Under the pieces are notes generated by a model. That model was not told where the DNA came from. It did no database searches and saw only the letters and a list, made by a program, of their open reading frames with translations. From the NCBI GenBank assembly GCA_019057385.1, contig JAHQJS010000006.1, forward strand, positions 288,001 to 352,000: a stretch of DNA of 64,000 bases. Reading direction: 5' to 3'. The stretch comes from Candidatus Borrarchaeum weybense (GTDB lineage Archaea > Asgardarchaeota > Sifarchaeia > Borrarchaeales > Borrarchaeaceae). Position 1 is the first letter of the stretch; every line of letters starts with the position of its first letter. Shown here in pieces: positions 40,045 to 49,069 of the stretch. The position numbers and the translations under genes are program-made.

Positions 40045-40421
40045 TGTCTTCTCACCACAGTTAACTTAATTTCATTATTTTCTGTTAATGTTTCGTTAGT
40101 GACTGAATATCCTTTTTTCTTTACCTCAGCTATGATTTTGTGGTAACTGTATCGTTGCGTTAGTTTTTGCAGAAACTCATTTCTATTTATCTTAATCCCA
40201 TACCAATCTGCAACGATTTCGATTTCTCCTGTTGCGCTTTTTCTCAATCCGATGTCATAACCTCGCGATGTAGTGATTTTAAGTTCAGCTTGAGTTTTTC
40301 TGCCACCATAACCTCTTGTTAGAACTTCTCCTTCTATAAAATTATAATTAAGATCCTTTAAAGACTTCTTTATTGCATCCATATCGGTTAGTTTTGTTTT
40401 AATGGTAGTAAAATGTGACAT
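40035..40421 (-). CDS. DUF1257 (Ycf35) family protein
   Basis: MSHFTTIKT, RGYGG, YDIG, VADW and QRY motifs. Confidence 0.88.
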   Translation of the reverse strand: MSHFTTIKTKLTDMDAIKKSLKDLNYNFIEGEVLTRGYGGRKTQAELKITTSRGYDIGLRKSATGEIEIVADWYGIKINRNEFLQKLTQRYSYHKIIAEVKKKGYSVTNETLTENNEIKLTVVRRQWV

Positions 40422-40875
40422 TTTTTTCCTACCCCCATAATTATTATTTAAAATAGTTCGTCCACTTAAAGAGTAAAAGGTAGTACCTATCATGATTTGT
40501 TTAGTATTAAAACAATATAGGGTACCTTTACAGAAGATATCTTCCCTTGTAGGTATAAAATGATAGAGAGAGTATGCAAAAAGTAATTCTATCTGAAAGT
40601 GTTTTTCTTCAGAATATTTTGAGGAGGCCTATTATTAACCATATATTCTCAGTTTTAATAATATACGAAAACGAGTAGATATTCTTGTTTATCGTGAAAT
40701 TTACCAACCATAAAAACTGTTCATTCTTTAGCGCGCAATTTTTTGATTAATGAAACATAATAGCATTATCTAATTTTGAAAAAATCATGAAAACACAATC
40801 AATTAACTCAGTACCTTTAGTTAATCATGAATGATCAATGAAGCATTAAAAGAATAATAGTAGAAACAGCAGTCT

Positions 40876-41499
40876 CTATTGCTCACGTCTAACTTTGCTT
40901 TCAAATTCTGAAAGCGGTACTTTGAATTCTTCGTTGCTTGCAATCTCGCCGCGTTCCTTAAGAACTTCTCTTGCAAGAAGCCAGAATATCAATGAAAGTG
41001 AACGACGTCCCTTATTGTTTGCCGGAATGACAATATCTACATTCTTGGTACCATTATCGGTATCACAGAGTGCAAGCACGGGAATACCTACGCGTAATGC
41101 TTCCTTTAAAGCTTGTCTATCAGCACGGGGGTCGGTAATCATAATTACTTCAGGTTCTATATATTCCTCAATATTTGGATTTGTTAAAGTTCCTGGAATA
41201 AAACGTCTTGACATAGCTTTGCATCTTATAGTCTCGCAAAAGGCTTCAATGGGTTTAAAACCATATGCTCTCGCTGAAACTACAAGAACTCTGTCAGTTT
41301 CGTATCGTGATAAGAACTTCGCTGCAGCCTTTATTCTCAGATCTGTAGTCCTTACATCAAGTACATAAAGTCCATCATTACGAACTCGATAAATGAATGG
41401 TTGCATACTTTTTGTGGCAATTTGTGTACCTATATGAATCCCACATGCAAGATATTGATCCAACGGGACTAATAGTTCCTCTCCTTCAGTTGTTTCCAT
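40876..41499 (-). CDS. rps2: 30S ribosomal protein S2 (uS2)
   Basis: YLACGIHIGT, RFIPGTLTN, DPRADRQA, PANNKGR. Confidence 0.97.
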   Translation of the reverse strand: METTEGEELLVPLDQYLACGIHIGTQIATKSMQPFIYRVRNDGLYVLDVRTTDLRIKAAAKFLSRYETDRVLVVSARAYGFKPIEAFCETIRCKAMSRRFIPGTLTNPNIEEYIEPEVIMITDPRADRQALKEALRVGIPVLALCDTDNGTKNVDIVIPANNKGRRSLSLIFWLLAREVLKERGEIASNEEFKVPLSEFESKVRREQ

Positions 41500-41741
41500 T
41501 TCAGAAATTCTCTAGACCTCCTGAATATCTAGATATAGGGCAGATCCATCTATACGAAGGATTTGCTAGACATAACTGTTCATTTTTTCAAAGCTAGAGT
41601 TTTATGTCTTTTGTTTTTGCATATTTGATTCTATATTTTTCACTTTTTGAATGTATTTTTGTAACGATTCTGAATTTGAAGACTCAAAAAACTAATTATT
41701 ACCCTTTTTCATCAGTTTCTTACTCAAAAAAAAGCAGTTCT

Positions 41742-42368
41742 CTATTCAAATAAGATCTTGGCAATTTTAGTTCTAATTTCTTGCCTCATGCGTCTGAGTC
41801 TTGCTTCGAAAGTGTTATCTATCCGTATTGTTTCGTCAGAATTGGTTACAATTGCTCCTCCAACACTTCGTAAATTATCTTCTATAACTGATAGAGTTGT
41901 TGTCGTACCAGTTTGCTGCATCACACGTTGTTGAATTTTGCTAATATCTATATGTTTCCCATGACCTGTTTGAATTTTTATTTTAAGATCTCCACCATTT
42001 AATCCAATTGCGGCTTCTGTTATTAGATTATTTAGAGTTGTTACATATTCCGCTGAACTTACAAAACCTATTAATTTCTTCTGAGCCTGATCGAAAACGT
42101 CATTGATTATTTCTTCCTTATTCTTGAGTGTATCACTCCTTGCGGTAAGTTTAGCTTTTGCAATTTCTCTTTTTAATCTAAGATCTGCTTCCTTTTTTGC
42201 TTGTTCTATAATCTCTTTAGATACTCTTCCTGCTCTCTTTTGTACATCTTCAGAGAGCTCGCTCGCTATTTGATTTGCTTGATTTAGAATTTCTTTTGCT
42301 TTTTCTTCCGCATTTGCTAAGATCTCATCTTTCATCATATCGAAAACGTCAGTATTTGATTCTGTCAT
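41742..42368 (-). CDS. atpE: A/V-type ATP synthase subunit E (stand-alone)
   Basis: Long N-terminal helix, GG.IV...DNTFEARL, IAKILF C-terminus. Confidence 0.85.
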   Translation of the reverse strand: MTESNTDVFDMMKDEILANAEEKAKEILNQANQIASELSEDVQKRAGRVSKEIIEQAKKEADLRLKREIAKAKLTARSDTLKNKEEIINDVFDQAQKKLIGFVSSAEYVTTLNNLITEAAIGLNGGDLKIKIQTGHGKHIDISKIQQRVMQQTGTTTTLSVIEDNLRSVGGAIVTNSDETIRIDNTFEARLRRMRQEIRTKIAKILFE

Positions 42369-42371
42369 AAG

Positions 42372-42399
42372 AATTCAGCCTCTCTAATTCAGCCTCTCT
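42372..42399. repeat. 14-bp tandem duplication AATTCAGCCTCTCT covering the atpE RBS
   Basis: Exact copies at 42372-42385 and 42386-42399. Confidence 0.85.
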
Positions 42400-42581
42400 A
42401 ATTATATAATAAACAATACATCGCCAACAGAGTAGTAATTACATTATAACTTTTTCTGTTATTCACGATTTGCAGTTTGCATCTAGCTGACGAGAAGTTC
42501 TCTTACCAAAACTCTATAAGGTCTACACTCCTTTAAGGAATAAGTTTCTGTTCGTGAAATGTTGTATAATAACAACAGAGA

Positions 42582-43751
42582 CTACGTGGATTTGGGCGAT
42601 AGCACTTCTATTTTCTCCAGTTTGTACTTGCGACTTCCTAGTTCGATTTCTTCTGCTGCGACTAAGAGATTTTGAGGATCAATATCTTTCAGTATACCTC
42701 CTAATTTATCTGCTCCGGGCTCCATGACACCACATTCCTCTGCCATTGATCCTGGTATACCTGGTGCAGCATTGATTAGATCAATGGACGCTTGATCTAT
42801 AGCTAATGGGTCTGATGAAGCAAGGATCCCAAGATCTGGTACAATTGGGATGTCATTCCAACCTTTCTGTAAATGCTCACAATCGCAATTCCAGTCAATT
42901 TCGATTAGAAAATTAAAATTGTAGATGTTTTCTTTGCCAATAGTCTGTACAAAAGCTTTGGTGTGTTCAGCAATTGCTTTTTGTAAGAAGCTTTTTTCTG
43001 TTCTCTCCGTTTCAATGGCTTTTTGAGGGCATTTAACAACACATGCATAGCAAAAAATGCATTTTTCTTCGTCAATTACTGCTTTGTTATTTTCTTTACT
43101 AACAGCGTCAACTGGACAAGCAGTAATGCAAGGAGCGATCGAATACCCAGGCGAACCATCACAAATGCTTGGATTGACTTTTGGTTTATTTCTAAAGTGA
43201 ATTAGCCCTTTGCTTGTCTTACCTGCGCAACCCACACCAATATTTTTAATGGCGCCCGCTGGTCCAGCAAACGCGTGCCCTGTAAAATGTGCTGCACTTA
43301 TAAGAAAATCGACTTTCGTAAGCATTTTTGCTAAAGTGACTTCTTTGAAGAGGTTACCCATAACTTTTACTTTCGTTATATCTGTTCCAAATTGTCCATC
43401 TGCGATTATTATTGGTGCTAAAACTGTTTCCTGAGTAAACCCGTGAGAAGTAGCAACCTCTAAATATTTTTGGGCAGTACCACGAGGATTAGTAAGCCCT
43501 AATCCAGTAGTTTCAGCTACAAATGGCTTGGCACCCCATTTTTTTAGATGTTCTACTAATCTTCTTATGTAAAATGGGCGTAAATATCGTGTGGATAAAG
43601 GTGATCCCATATGAGTCTTTACGGCAACAAGATCGCCTTTAGAGATTTTATCTTTTAGCTCAATTTCAATTATTCGATCAAATTTGGAGATAAGGCTCTC
43701 CGCAGAACTCCTCGCTCTAGCATCTGCGAAATAAACAGTTGGTACTTCCAT
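42582..43751 (-). CDS. DUF362 family Fe-S protein with ferredoxin domain
   Basis: VAVKTHMG, IADG, HFTGH, KNIGVGC, CIFCYACVVKCP, CDC, DPLAIDQAS. Confidence 0.85.
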   Translation of the reverse strand: MEVPTVYFADARARSSAESLISKFDRIIEIELKDKISKGDLVAVKTHMGSPLSTRYLRPFYIRRLVEHLKKWGAKPFVAETTGLGLTNPRGTAQKYLEVATSHGFTQETVLAPIIIADGQFGTDITKVKVMGNLFKEVTLAKMLTKVDFLISAAHFTGHAFAGPAGAIKNIGVGCAGKTSKGLIHFRNKPKVNPSICDGSPGYSIAPCITACPVDAVSKENNKAVIDEEKCIFCYACVVKCPQKAIETERTEKSFLQKAIAEHTKAFVQTIGKENIYNFNFLIEIDWNCDCEHLQKGWNDIPIVPDLGILASSDPLAIDQASIDLINAAPGIPGSMAEECGVMEPGADKLGGILKDIDPQNLLVAAEEIELGSRKYKLEKIEVLSPKST

Positions 43752-43910
43752 TACATTTCACCATTTGGACTTAAGTCTAATAATTCATTCAACGTTCTAT
43801 TATGGAATACCTATACATTCTAAAATGTTTAAGAGTCTTACTTTATTGCCGTTTTAGTTTTGTTTATGAAGAGCTCCTGTTGTGTATAAATCTTGTAAGG
43901 TGACTAGAAT

Positions 43911-44168
43911 TTGAAGTTAGAAAAAATAGATGAAACTGACTCTACTATTTCTTGCGATGAATGTGGTGCAAGTGCAGAAATGATGTTTTATAACGATAAT
44001 GACGAAATCATTTACTACTGTTTACATTGCTTTTTAAATAGGCACGATCGAGATAGGATTCAATGGTATAGACGTATGTGGCTGTTGAAATCAATGATGG
44101 AGTACGAAGAAAAGAAAAACAAGCCAAAACCCCCTAACTGGGGCATTCGGAGTCTATATGAAAAATAG
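43911..44168 (+). CDS. Small zinc-finger protein
   Basis: CDEC...CLHC; GGTGA RBS before a TTG start. Confidence 0.55.
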   Translation: MKLEKIDETDSTISCDECGASAEMMFYNDNDEIIYYCLHCFLNRHDRDRIQWYRRMWLLKSMMEYEEKKNKPKPPNWGIRSLYEK

Positions 44169-44250
44169 TCTAATATTACGTTAATTTTAGAATAAGAAAA
44201 TGGGAAAAGAAACAACCCCCAGATATTATTCGAAATAGTTAAAAAACACA

Positions 44251-44517
44251 CTAGTTTACTTCTCGCAGCAGATAGATGTTTTGTCTCATATCACTTAAAT
44301 TGGGCAATCTCCGAATAAGCTCGCCATCTAATAATTTTTTAAGGGCATAACGTACCGTTCTGGGGGCAAGATTGCATTGACGTAAAATATCTTTCGCCGT
44401 TAACGGTCCATTCTTTTTAAGCAAATCATAAACAACTCTTGCACTCGGGGGGATTTTCTTTTCTACGGTAATCGGTCTAAATTCTCTGGATACATCAATT
44501 TCTTCAACGGCTGCCAT
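44251..44517 (-). CDS. Winged-helix transcriptional regulator (archaeal MarR-like)
   Basis: PPSA..V...L...GPLT..DI...L.PRTVRYAL, D.RQ..Y. Confidence 0.85.
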   Translation of the reverse strand: MAAVEEIDVSREFRPITVEKKIPPSARVVYDLLKKNGPLTAKDILRQCNLAPRTVRYALKKLLDGELIRRLPNLSDMRQNIYLLREVN

Positions 44518-44837
44518 CTATATACCTCCTATTTAAACATTATTATATCTGCATATAACTATATGTCAGAGTCATATATAAACTTTTGGTGTAAAAACCA
44601 CTAGAAAGGTTGCGATTTCAAACTATTAATGATAATCTTCAATTTGATCTAACATTTTGATGAAAAATGATTTATTAACGCCCTTTCAATCTCGTATAGG
44701 CGTCTGCAGCGAGTTTTGACTAGATTCCTATGTGACTTGCTACGCAACTTTTTAATTTTCCTAATCTAAATAATTAGATGATTCCTAATTGATTATCTTA
44801 AGAGGCCAATTTTCAAAGGTCTCACAGGGGATTAGAT

Positions 44838-45632
44838 TTGTTAGCGAAAATATTCACTCACGAAAAGCCGATAATTGGCGTAGTTCATTTACCTGCACTT
44901 CCAGGTTCACCGCATGATTCTAAAGATCTTGAAGAAATATGCGAATTTGCTATAACTGATGCACGGACACTTGAGGAAGGAGGCTGTGATGGAATCCTTA
45001 TTGAAAATTATTTCGACCAGCCTTTTCTCGAAAAAATGGCTGTTGAAACTGTTGCTTCTATGACAAAAATAGCATGTGAAATAAAAAGGAATGTTTCTTT
45101 GCCCATAGGCATAAGTGCATTGCGAAATGATCCCTTTGCTGGATTGGCAATTGCTCATGCAATAGGTGGAGAATTTATTCGTGTTAATGTATTTATAGGT
45201 ACAGCAATGGTCGGCACTGGCGTAATTCCTGGATGCGCTGCAGAGTTGTTAAGATACAGAAGCAAACTTAATTGCGATGTGCAAATTTTTGCAGATATTG
45301 ATGTAAAACATGCTACTCCTCTTGTGAAAGTACCCATTGAGCGCGAAGCAAGGGAAGCAGCCTATCGTGGAAAGGCAGATGGCTTGATTGTGACAAGTCA
45401 TGAAACAGGATCGCCTCCGCAGCTTGAGACTGTACAACGGGTAAAAAATGCAGTATTTGACGTTCCAATCATTATAGGAAGTGGGATTAATCCTGAGAAC
45501 GCAGAAGAATTTCTTGAAGTTGCAGACGGAGCGATTGTTGGGAGTTCTTTAAAAAAGAATTTAGCAAGTCCAATTGATATAAACCTAGTGAGAACATTAG
45601 TTGAAGCGATTGTGTCCCTAAGACGTGATTAA
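44838..45632 (+). CDS. BtpA/SgcQ family TIM-barrel protein
   Basis: IGVVHL.ALPGSP, IENY.D.PF, FIRVN, DVKHA, IVGS.LK. Confidence 0.9.
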   Translation: MLAKIFTHEKPIIGVVHLPALPGSPHDSKDLEEICEFAITDARTLEEGGCDGILIENYFDQPFLEKMAVETVASMTKIACEIKRNVSLPIGISALRNDPFAGLAIAHAIGGEFIRVNVFIGTAMVGTGVIPGCAAELLRYRSKLNCDVQIFADIDVKHATPLVKVPIEREAREAAYRGKADGLIVTSHETGSPPQLETVQRVKNAVFDVPIIIGSGINPENAEEFLEVADGAIVGSSLKKNLASPIDINLVRTLVEAIVSLRRD

Positions 45633-45634
45633 CA

Positions 45635-46240
45635 ATGAAATGGGAACAACGACATGAAGTGGCAAAAGAAGCCGCACGTCTGCTATATTATGGGTTAGCT
45701 ACGGAATATATATTTGCAAAAAAACGTGCTGCACGTTCACTTCGAGGTCCTCTCCCCAGCAATAAAGAGGTTGCCCTTGAGCTAGACAACTTAGCTGAAT
45801 CTCTCGAAGGTGATGAACGGAAAAAGCGTCTTGTAAGCATGAGAATGGAGGCACTTACGTATATGGAGTTTTTGAAAGAGTTTCAGCCGGTATTAAAAGG
45901 CAGTGTATGGCGTGGAACGATTATTACGAAAAGAAGTGATATTGATATTGTCATTTATGCAGATACTACTTCTGAACCTTTAGCCGTTCTAAATAAGCAT
46001 CAAATCCATCCAGAAATTAAGTATAACTCACGTCAAATCGGATCTATTAGCAAAACCTATATTCATCTCCTTTTCACATCTCCTTCTGGGACTAATGTGG
46101 AAATTGTTGTGCGCCCTACAGAAGATCAAGGTCTTCGTGAAATTTGTGAAGTTTTCGGTGATATAATCACAGGTTTCACTCTTTCTAAACTGGTGCGTGT
46201 CCTCAAAGAGGATCCAACAATGAAAGTTTTACCGGATTAA
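45635..46240 (+). CDS. Nucleotidyltransferase-domain protein
   Basis: AARL, LPSN.EV..E N-domain and GSV.RG..SDIDI Pol-beta NTase motif. Confidence 0.8.
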   Translation: MKWEQRHEVAKEAARLLYYGLATEYIFAKKRAARSLRGPLPSNKEVALELDNLAESLEGDERKKRLVSMRMEALTYMEFLKEFQPVLKGSVWRGTIITKRSDIDIVIYADTTSEPLAVLNKHQIHPEIKYNSRQIGSISKTYIHLLFTSPSGTNVEIVVRPTEDQGLREICEVFGDIITGFTLSKLVRVLKEDPTMKVLPD

Positions 46241-46418
46241 ATTCTCATCAAGTCACGTGGTATGTCCTTTAGACTTTTCTGCAAATAATATGGAAATCTC
46301 TATAAAGCTACTATTTCAGTTTGTTAAGCGTATCTTTTAGTCAATGTGTCCTAATTGAGTAATAATTACTTATTAGATTAGATAGATCGCTGAATACAAG
46401 ACAGTCAAGGTGAATTTA

Positions 46419-47789
46419 ATGAAGAAATACTTTGGATCTTCTGGTGTTAGAGGGCTTGTAGGTAAACAAATCACGACTAATTTAGCAATGAAACTTGGAT
46501 TAGCCCTTGCTACCTATTTAGGTGAGGGGTCCTCAATATTGATCGGACGCGATGTTAGAACCTCCGGAAAGATGCTTGAACATGCATTCGTTTCAGGTTT
46601 ATTAGCTGGAAGTTGTAATGCTGAGTTAATAGGGATATTCCCTACTCCTGGTGTCGCGTATCTTACTAAAAATCTGAAAAAAGACGCTGGTATTATGATA
46701 ACAGCTTCTCATAATCCTCCACCTTATAATGGCTTTAAGTTTTTTAGTAAAAATGGGATTGCGTTCCTTCCAGAAATGGAACAAAAATTAGAAGAGATCC
46801 TTATTTCAGATATGTTCACATTTTCAAATTGGGAAAGAATAGGTACGGTGAGAAGTAGTAACTCAACTTCCCCTTATTTCGCTATGCTAAATGCCTTTTC
46901 ATTTAATAAAAAATGGCGTGTAGTGCTTGATCCAGGTTGTGGTGCAGCTTCAGTTGTTGCGCCATTAGTTTTTCGCAATGTAGGCTGTGATGTAGTATCA
47001 CTAAACGCTCAGGCTGATGGACATTTTCCAGCACGTCAGTCGGAACCAACTCCTGAAAATCTCAATGGGTTAATGGAAGCAGTATCAAGCTTAGGTGCCG
47101 ATATTGGCATCGCATACGATGGCGACGCCGATCGAATGGTTGCTATTGATGAACAAGGCAAGTTCGTACCATCAGACAAACTTTTGGCGCTTTTCGCTCG
47201 TTTCTCACTTACACAAGAGGAGCGTCAAAATAGAGAGAAGATAATTGCACTCCCTATTAACACTTCTGATGCAACAGATGAACATATTCGTGAATCCGGT
47301 GGCAAAGTCATTCGAACAAAAGTAGGTGATGTATATATCTCCCAAGCATTGCTTAAATATAATGGCATCTTCGGGGGAGAACCAATTGGAGCCTGGATTC
47401 ATCCGCAATACCATCTTTGCCCAGATGGAATTCTTTCTTCTCTTTTACTATTGAAATATCTTGATGAATTGGATTCGCCGCTTTCAACGTTGATCAAGCG
47501 AGTACCTGATAGAATCAAGTTGCGCTTAAAAATTGAATGCAGTAATGAACAAAAATCTAGAGTAATGGAATACGTCAAGAAGAAATTACCAGGTCAATTT
47601 GACACAACTGTTGATATTTTGCATCTTGATGGCATTCGTATGGATCTAAAAAATGGATGGATTTTAATAAGACCTTCAGGAACTGAACCTTTTGTACGCG
47701 TTACTGCGGAGGCAAAAGAACAAACAAACGCTAAACACATCTTAGAAATAGGTAAAAAAGTTGTTGAAGAAGCATTAACTATCATTTAA
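46419..47789 (+). CDS. glmM: Phosphoglucosamine mutase / phosphomannomutase
   Basis: FGSSGVRG, TASHNP, DGDADR, GGE, IRPSGTEP. Confidence 0.9.
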   Translation: MKKYFGSSGVRGLVGKQITTNLAMKLGLALATYLGEGSSILIGRDVRTSGKMLEHAFVSGLLAGSCNAELIGIFPTPGVAYLTKNLKKDAGIMITASHNPPPYNGFKFFSKNGIAFLPEMEQKLEEILISDMFTFSNWERIGTVRSSNSTSPYFAMLNAFSFNKKWRVVLDPGCGAASVVAPLVFRNVGCDVVSLNAQADGHFPARQSEPTPENLNGLMEAVSSLGADIGIAYDGDADRMVAIDEQGKFVPSDKLLALFARFSLTQEERQNREKIIALPINTSDATDEHIRESGGKVIRTKVGDVYISQALLKYNGIFGGEPIGAWIHPQYHLCPDGILSSLLLLKYLDELDSPLSTLIKRVPDRIKLRLKIECSNEQKSRVMEYVKKKLPGQFDTTVDILHLDGIRMDLKNGWILIRPSGTEPFVRVTAEAKEQTNAKHILEIGKKVVEEALTII

Positions 47790-47800
47790 AGTGAATTAAA

Positions 47801-48202
47801 TTATTCTTCCATTAGTAACATCTTTTCAAAGTATCTTCGAATTCTTTCGAAAAACTCATCAAAAAACTCCATTTCAACTTCGAGGGGTGAGGGTTCTTTG
47901 CGGATTTCTTCAACATTAAAGAGATTTTCCATCTCGTTAAATCCTTTTCGTAGTAGTGCCCCCATAAGCTCTTCCATAAGAATCTGAATTTGTTCTTGAG
48001 TTAATACGTCCTTCTCTATTGCTTCAGAGATAACATCTATAGACTCAGTGATCTTTCCCTGACATTTGCGGACTATCCATTGAGCTGTTGATCTATATTT
48101 AACTTCCTCAAATTCTTCTGAGATCTCTTTAAAAGAACGCCCTTCAATAAAGGCTTTTAAAACTTTTAAGTGTGCAGGAAGTTTGTTTTTCTTTTGACTC
48201 AT
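47801..48202 (-). CDS. Putative HTH DNA-binding protein
   Basis: KVLKAFIEGRSFKEISEEF..RSTAQWIV resembles a sigma70-r4/Tfx-like HTH. Confidence 0.55.
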   Translation of the reverse strand: MSQKKNKLPAHLKVLKAFIEGRSFKEISEEFEEVKYRSTAQWIVRKCQGKITESIDVISEAIEKDVLTQEQIQILMEELMGALLRKGFNEMENLFNVEEIRKEPSPLEVEMEFFDEFFERIRRYFEKMLLMEE

Positions 48203-48244
48203 TGGTATCACCCCGTATTAATGAACTCCGTGAACAATGGGCAC

Positions 48245-48838
48245 TTATTCAACTTTGATTTCTGTACCGCTGGTGTCATCTTCCTTTGGCTTCATTCTTT
48301 TTAGTCTAACCTCAAGAACTCCATTCTTGTAATTTGCTTTCGCTTCTTCTGGGATTACTTCAACAGGGAGGTTCAATTTTTTGTAAAATTTTTCTCCAGC
48401 TTTAATTTCGAGTTCTTTCTCTGTACCGCGCAGTTGAATCTCTTCTTTTTCGATTCCTGGAGTCTCTGCAACTATTATCACTTCATCGTTTGTTTCCATG
48501 ATGTCGACTAACGGCTGTCTCTCTTCTTTAATCTTCGGACCTCTCTTAAAATCAAAACTTGGTTTATTGCCAAATTCGCGGATTATTGGCTTCCCATCGG
48601 GACCCACACCCATTGAAAAACCAAAAATGTAAGGACCCTTCTTCTCGAAACCACTAGGTAACTTGAATTTCGGCAGGAATTTTTCAAAATCAGCCATGTC
48701 AAATGGGCGATCTCCCATTTGTTTCATCATGTCTTCCATCATTTCTCTTAAATTGTCTATCATATCAAAAGGATCCCAATTATCACGCTTTTTCTTTCTC
48801 TTTTTATCCCAATTATCCCAATCGTCTTCATCACTCAT
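48245..48838 (-). CDS. hsp20: Archaeal small heat-shock protein Hsp20
   Basis: GFSM..GPDGKP.IREFGN, PLVDI, AE.PG..KE, A.YKNGVLEV. Confidence 0.93.
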   Translation of the reverse strand: MSDEDDWDNWDKKRKKKRDNWDPFDMIDNLREMMEDMMKQMGDRPFDMADFEKFLPKFKLPSGFEKKGPYIFGFSMGVGPDGKPIIREFGNKPSFDFKRGPKIKEERQPLVDIMETNDEVIIVAETPGIEKEEIQLRGTEKELEIKAGEKFYKKLNLPVEVIPEEAKANYKNGVLEVRLKRMKPKEDDTSGTEIKVE

Positions 48839-49069
48839 TTTTTTCCACCGGCTTGTTATTCAATATAAACAGATATTTCTGTACAGTTCAATATTTATAT
48901 CTTAACTAGGCTTAAAGTCTATATAAAGTTTTTTAAACCACTTAATATTATTATTTATTGAATATTCCATAAACACAAGGTTTATAAACTTCGTCGTACA
49001 GACTTTTATGTACCATGACTGAATCGCGCGCATGCGCGAGATTATTATTTAATATGAGGTGAAAATATT

